62,926 bases of DNA. Origin: a virus. Its lineage: Duplodnaviria; Caudoviricetes. The stretch is taken from IMG/VR virus record IMGVR_UViG_3300025598_002100, positions 1 to 62,926 of that record, one strand, 5' to 3'. This document shows, one piece after another, positions 58,596-62,926 of the stretch. Within the stretch, counting starts at the first letter, position 1. Every line of letters begins with the position of its first letter. The notes under the pieces are model-generated. The model saw only the letters and a program-made list of their open reading frames with translations, did not search any database and was not told where the DNA came from. Both the position numbers and the translations under genes were made by a program.

Positions 58596-59392
58596 ATAAA
58601 TCTTGTTTTTTAGCACCAATACACGAAGCAAAGTTTAATTACGGACTAGATTGGATTAAATCTTATAACGAGCATTTCGACGATGATCATATTTACCTTG
58701 TTTTTTCTTCAGAAGAAGAACGTAAAAAATTTGCAGATTTGGCAGAAGGATTAAAATATAGGTCCATTATTTACGATGGACACACATGGAATAAGCACTG
58801 CATAGTTACACATAAAAAATGGTATGGATTAATACAAATTTTTTCTCAAACTGATTTTGATAAAGTTGGCGTAATTGATGTCGATAGTAGATTTATCTGT
58901 AATAAAAATTACGATGAGTTATTCCAAAATAAAATAAACAATGGATTAGTACATGCTAACAGCGGAAATAGAGAAGAATTTTATACATATGCTTTGAAAT
59001 ATTTTAAATTTGAAGATTATCAATTTTTAAAAGATTATACTTCAGGAAATAATGTACATTGGCATGATATAATAGTTTATTACAAACCTTGGTTTTTAGA
59101 AATGTGCGATTATCTTGGATTTAATCAAAAAGATCAAGGTGAAGATTTTATGATTTTTAGAAATGGTGATTATGCTATCTATTATTATTATCTATTTTTA
59201 AAAAAATATGCTAAACTATCTATATTAGATGTAAGCTTTGAGGGCGGGTCTTTTATAGAAAAACAAAGGTTTATGCACCCTGAAAAATTTGCTCAATTAT
59301 TTCATTCATATAATCCTATGTGGATTATGTATCCTATTGAAAATATGAAAAATGTGTTTATGTTAACTCATGTCGATATAAGCGGATTATAA
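58592..59392 (+). CDS. Hypothetical protein, possible GT-A glycosyltransferase
   Basis: DxD motif (IDVD); glycan-locus context. Confidence 0.5.
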   Translation: MNKSCFLAPIHEAKFNYGLDWIKSYNEHFDDDHIYLVFSSEEERKKFADLAEGLKYRSIIYDGHTWNKHCIVTHKKWYGLIQIFSQTDFDKVGVIDVDSRFICNKNYDELFQNKINNGLVHANSGNREEFYTYALKYFKFEDYQFLKDYTSGNNVHWHDIIVYYKPWFLEMCDYLGFNQKDQGEDFMIFRNGDYAIYYYYLFLKKYAKLSILDVSFEGGSFIEKQRFMHPEKFAQLFHSYNPMWIMYPIENMKNVFMLTHVDISGL

Positions 59393-59415
59393 AAATATTA
59401 AAAATAAATTAACCT

Positions 59416-59871
59416 ATGAAATTAATAGCGCATAGAGGGCTTACTCAAGGTCCTGATAAAAAAATCGAGAATCGACCCGAACAAATTTTAAAAACAATCG
59501 AGCAAGGATTTGATTGTGAAATCGACTTATGGGTGATTAATTCAGAATTATGGTTAGGACATGACAATCCACAATACTTAATTAAAGAAGAATTTTTAAA
59601 AAGTAATAGTTTAAACTTTTGGATACATGCTAAGAATCTAGCAACATTGCGTTGGTTAACTTCTACTACATTTTACAAATATTTTTGGCATCAGAATGAT
59701 GATTTCGTGCTTACCAGTAATAATTTTATCTGGACATTCCCTGGTAAAGAGCTAACTTCTGTTAGCATAAATGTATTACCTGAATGGTATGATCCGGAAT
59801 TTAAAAACCTTAATACAAATTGTTATGGCATTTGTAGCGATTATGTACAAATTATAAAAGAAAAATTATGA
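59416..59871 (+). CDS. Short GDPD/PLC-like phosphodiesterase
   Basis: LIAHRG, EN, CEIDLW, LGHD, WIHAKN, GICSD. Confidence 0.75.
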   Translation: MKLIAHRGLTQGPDKKIENRPEQILKTIEQGFDCEIDLWVINSELWLGHDNPQYLIKEEFLKSNSLNFWIHAKNLATLRWLTSTTFYKYFWHQNDDFVLTSNNFIWTFPGKELTSVSINVLPEWYDPEFKNLNTNCYGICSDYVQIIKEKL

Positions 59872-60554
59872 TAAGTTTATTATGTCCTAGTAGAGGTCAA
59901 CCCGAATTAGCCTCTAAAATGATAAAGTCGGCTATAGCATTGGCCGGAGCTCCGATCGAAATACAATTATACTTAAACGACGACGACCCGAAATTACAAC
60001 AATATCTTGATCTAATCGATTCAAAATATATTTCAATAGGACCAGACCGTAGCCCTATATATAGTTGGAACATAATGGCAGAAAAGGCTAAGTATGATTA
60101 CCTGTTTTTAATCGGACATGATGGATGGTTTGAAACAGAAAATTGGGTTCCGAAGATTATAAAACATTTTGATAATTATCCGGACAAGATTGCGTTCGTA
60201 TATCCTTCTGTCGACGGATTAGAATGGGAAGAAGGATTTTTAACTGCAGATCATTGTCCTCATTTTTGTATACATAAAAATTGGGTTAAAACGCTAGGTT
60301 ATTTTCTCCCTCCTCAATTTCATCATTGGTATGTGGATACCTGGTATAGAGAAATTGCAAAAATGTTAGGAAGATATCATATAGTTACAGATGTTAAAAC
60401 TCCGTTGTTAGTAGATATTAAAGATGAACTATGGGAAAGAAAAGATAGATTTTGTAATAGAGAAAAAGACCATTGGCTTTGGCGTAATACACAACGTTGG
60501 CTACATGCTGATGCATATGCATTGCATCAATTTATATTAAATTTTAAACAATAA
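59868..60554 (+). CDS. GT2-like glycosyltransferase
   Basis: ISLLCPSRG, WN..A, HWYVDTW. Confidence 0.65.
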   Translation: MISLLCPSRGQPELASKMIKSAIALAGAPIEIQLYLNDDDPKLQQYLDLIDSKYISIGPDRSPIYSWNIMAEKAKYDYLFLIGHDGWFETENWVPKIIKHFDNYPDKIAFVYPSVDGLEWEEGFLTADHCPHFCIHKNWVKTLGYFLPPQFHHWYVDTWYREIAKMLGRYHIVTDVKTPLLVDIKDELWERKDRFCNREKDHWLWRNTQRWLHADAYALHQFILNFKQ

Positions 60555-60567
60555 AAAGGAATTAAAA

Positions 60568-61449
60568 ATGAAAGCTCTTTTTACAGGTGGGTTAGGCGAT
60601 TTTATTGGAGCTGAAAGTTTCATGACAGAATTTGAAAAAGATTCCGTCACTGAAGTATTATGGGCAACACGTAATAGAGAAGAAATACGCTCTGCTGTAA
60701 ATTTAAAAGATATTTTTCCTAATTTAGAAAAAGAAACAATTATGTATGATAATTTTTGTGATGAACGACCAACTAAACCATGGCAACCCGGTGATCGTTT
60801 TATTAATATACATCGTAAAGAAGATTTAAATCGTATGTGCGGGTTAAATCTCACCGATCAAGAAATGGCAGATATAACTGATTGCGGGCTTGACCCTACT
60901 TTAGAAAGAATATTCAAAGGTCATAGATGGCAGAGCAGCAGAATTACTACTCGTAGCGCTTGGCCTGATATTGGTAGATTTAATTTACCACACCGTTATG
61001 TAGTAATACATCCTTGGAGCGATGCTGAAATTAATGGTAGAGAATTCGATGATAATGATTGGAATCATATTTTTAAATTTCTTGACCAAAATAATATTAT
61101 AGGTGTAGTTGTAAATCGAAGTACTAAGACCGCTCCGTTACATACAAAATTAATAGATTTAACCAATCAAACTAATTTAAAAGAAACATTTAACATTATT
61201 ACAAAAGCAGAAATGTGTATATTGTGTGCAAGTAGTTTAGCATGTTTTGCTACAAAAATATTTCCAAAAGATAAAATTTGGTTAAAAGGCGGCGTTGAAC
61301 ACATGTTTTCACAGTGGGCTACTTATTTTTATCACGGACCATTTTTAAACCCGAAAGATATTATTTTTAAAAATTTATCAATTTTAAATTCTTATTCTAA
61401 TAAAAATCAATCTAAAATGCTTGACCAAGGAACATTAACACTGTTATAA
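60568..61449 (+). CDS. GT9 (heptosyltransferase-fold)-like protein
   Basis: GGLGD, VVIHP, IDLTNQTNLKE, SSLAC. Confidence 0.55.
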   Translation: MKALFTGGLGDFIGAESFMTEFEKDSVTEVLWATRNREEIRSAVNLKDIFPNLEKETIMYDNFCDERPTKPWQPGDRFINIHRKEDLNRMCGLNLTDQEMADITDCGLDPTLERIFKGHRWQSSRITTRSAWPDIGRFNLPHRYVVIHPWSDAEINGREFDDNDWNHIFKFLDQNNIIGVVVNRSTKTAPLHTKLIDLTNQTNLKETFNIITKAEMCILCASSLACFATKIFPKDKIWLKGGVEHMFSQWATYFYHGPFLNPKDIIFKNLSILNSYSNKNQSKMLDQGTLTLL

Positions 61450-61455
61450 TAAAAT

Positions 61456-62298
61456 ATGAATAATTTAACTATCGTAGCTGTAACTACAGTAAAACATGCT
61501 TTAACTAGCAAAGCAATTGAACAAGCAGTGCAAGTAACTAATTCAAAGAATGTATTAGTTATTAGTGATCAAGACTTATATCCCGGATCTGTTCATATAG
61601 ATACAGATCCTCTCTCTATTAGAGATTATAGCGAGATAGTATTTCATAATCTAATCGACTATATCGAAACAGATCATTTTATGATGGTCCAATACGATGG
61701 AATGCCAACTGATGCTACATTTTGGGATAATGACTATTTGAAATATGATTATATCGGTGCAGTTTGGCCATGGGCACCCGAAGGATTAAATGTTGGTAAC
61801 GGTGGATTTAGTATTAGAAGTCGAAAATTATTAGAAGCCTGCCAAACATTACCATTTGGATTAGAAGAATTTGGTAAAGACAAAGATATTGAAGATGCAA
61901 CTATTTGTCGTTATTATAGAAAAACGTTAGAACAGCAAGGAATACAATTTGCTACAAGTGATTTGGCAAAAAAGTTTTCTGCAGAATTACCTGGAGGAAA
62001 ATTCGACACATTCGGGTTTCACGGTACATTATGTCTACCATTTTATTTAAATGATGTTCATATGGAATTTTATATCAATAATATGACAGATCAAATGTTA
62101 AACGATCCTATACAAATCAGAATTGCATATGGTTTGTTTAAAGCAGGCAAATATTATCATTTAGAAAATTTTATGGATCATGCGGTATCGTTAGTTCCGA
62201 ATTTTAAACAAATATTATTGAATCAATTTCCGCAAGACAACAAATTTTTTCCGGAATTTAGTTTAAATGATTTGGAAAGTTTGTTAATTAACTATTGA
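61456..62298 (+). CDS. DUF5672-like putative glycosyltransferase
   Basis: QYDG, YDYIGAVW, VGNGGFSIRSRKLL, ED, FGFHG. Confidence 0.75.
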   Translation: MNNLTIVAVTTVKHALTSKAIEQAVQVTNSKNVLVISDQDLYPGSVHIDTDPLSIRDYSEIVFHNLIDYIETDHFMMVQYDGMPTDATFWDNDYLKYDYIGAVWPWAPEGLNVGNGGFSIRSRKLLEACQTLPFGLEEFGKDKDIEDATICRYYRKTLEQQGIQFATSDLAKKFSAELPGGKFDTFGFHGTLCLPFYLNDVHMEFYINNMTDQMLNDPIQIRIAYGLFKAGKYYHLENFMDHAVSLVPNFKQILLNQFPQDNKFFPEFSLNDLESLLINY

Positions 62299-62323
62299 CA
62301 GCAGGGATAAATAAACGTATATT
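62295..62323 (+). promoter_or_regulatory. sigma70 promoter with an embedded late box for the tRNA region
   Basis: TTGACA, 17 bp, TATATT; GATAAATA at 62306-62313. Confidence 0.75.
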
Positions 62324-62369
62324 AAATATCTATGTTGTAATGCATAGACTTAATAAACAAGGAATAATA

Positions 62370-62513
62370 ATGATAATTGCAGCGACATTTAGAACTCATA
62401 ATAGTAAGACCTTTAAAGCAGGGTTCATACCCGCTTGGTCGTCGATTATGAATTATTCATATGATCGCGGCCAAGAAGGGAGTCCGGGGTCCGGAAGTGA
62501 GATGTTAGAGTAA
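62370..62513 (+). CDS. Putative 47-aa leader peptide
   Basis: AAGGAA RBS at 62359-62364; 3' end overlaps the antiterminator arm. Confidence 0.6.
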   Translation: MIIAATFRTHNSKTFKAGFIPAWSSIMNYSYDRGQEGSPGSGSEMLE

Positions 62514-62576
62514 CAACAAAACATCTAAAACCACTTAAAGGACCCTAGGATTAAGAACCCTGGGGTTTTTGTTTTT
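62486..62576 (+). terminator. Attenuator: alternative antiterminator/terminator helices
   Basis: Terminator AAGGACCCTAGG/CCTGGGGTTTTT plus GTTTTT; competing GGGGTCC/GGACCCT, AAGTG/CACTT, AGATGTT/AACATCT. Confidence 0.7.
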
Positions 62577-62686
62577 AGCAGTGTGAAAATAGGGTAACGA
62601 GGACCCTGCAGCGCACTATAAACATGCTGTAAACGGGCGGAACCGGGGATCAAACCTGTGGCGAAAACGCAGGGAGTAAAATCCGG

Positions 62687-62736
62687 AATTTATATACTAA
62701 AGCATACCTAGTGTAGTATGCTTTAGTATATAAATT
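62687..62736. repeat. Perfect 21-bp inverted repeat
   Basis: AATTTATATACTAAAGCATAC-N8-GTATGCTTTAGTATATAAATT. Confidence 0.9.
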
Positions 62737-62740
62737 ATTT

Positions 62741-62825
62741 GGGTAAGCGCCGGAGTGAGAGAGCCGGATTTGACTGTAAATCAAACGTTCCGACTGAGTA
62801 GGTGCGAATCCTACCTTACCCACCA
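62741..62825 (+). tRNA. tRNA-Tyr(GTA), with non-canonical D/T loops
   Basis: Acceptor GGGTAAG/CTTACCC plus ACCA; D stem CCGG/CCGG; anticodon arm TTTGA-CTGTAAA-TCAAA; T arm GTAGG-TGCGAAT-CCTAC. Confidence 0.88.
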
Positions 62826-62831
62826 AATAAT

Positions 62832-62926
62832 GCGGCAGTAAGTGCGTAATGGGCTAGTGGTGGCCAATCCTGTCTACATGGATCCAATGTAACGGTTGCA
62901 CCTTGATGTAGGTTCGAATCCTATCT
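62832..62926 (+). ncRNA. tRNA-like RNA, 3'-truncated by the window, non-canonical interior
   Basis: 5' GCGGCAG; T arm GTAGG-TTCGAAT-CCTAT followed by CT (start of the expected CTGCCGC); no canonical D or anticodon arm. Confidence 0.5.

Noticed and set aside
334-60854. Numerous short antisense or alternate-frame ORFs (e.g. 4767..5237-, 8117..8386-, 34283..34639-, 47301..47594-)
   Set aside because: They are nested in well-supported genes, lack RBS or motifs, and are consistent with shadow ORFs.
62295-62369. TTG start giving a 72-aa ORF
   Set aside because: The TTG is the -35 hexamer TTGACA; the RBS-supported start is ATG 62370.
1-62926. Stop-codon reassignment as in some huge phages; bacterial chromosome origin
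   Set aside because: Known genes are full length in the standard code and end in TAA, TAG or TGA; gene mix, late boxes and density argue for a phage rather than a cell.

Overview
About 63 kb of an AT-rich, gene-dense genome that is most likely a large ('jumbo/huge') lytic dsDNA phage of a Gram-negative, probably proteobacterial, host. This is inferred from T4-like (T/G)ATAAATA late-promoter boxes, consensus sigma70 promoters, NrdAB with a freestanding homing endonuclease, a Cas4-like exonuclease, an Mtd_N/beta-helix tail protein, phage-type bS21, Hsp20, a heme oxygenase-bilin reductase pair and the start of a tRNA cluster. Standard stop codons are used. The host-derived cargo is unusual. (1) A TPR/beta-barrel outer-membrane protein followed by exported penta- and hepta-heme c-type cytochromes, i.e. 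a putative porin-cytochrome electron conduit, plus a distant membrane-anchored 4Fe-4S/FAD oxidoreductase. (2) A curli-like operon coupled to a FecR-domain protein and a CHASE2 adenylate/guanylate cyclase. (3) A Ro60/TROVE-like vWA protein preceded by two related stem-closed RNA elements. (4) A ~500-nt, ORF-free, highly structured promoter-driven region (candidate large ncRNA). (5) A codon-diverse leader peptide with mutually exclusive antiterminator/terminator helices in front of the tRNA cluster (candidate translation-sensing attenuator). (6) Large glycosylation loci. All calls come from reading motifs by eye; no database searches were run.
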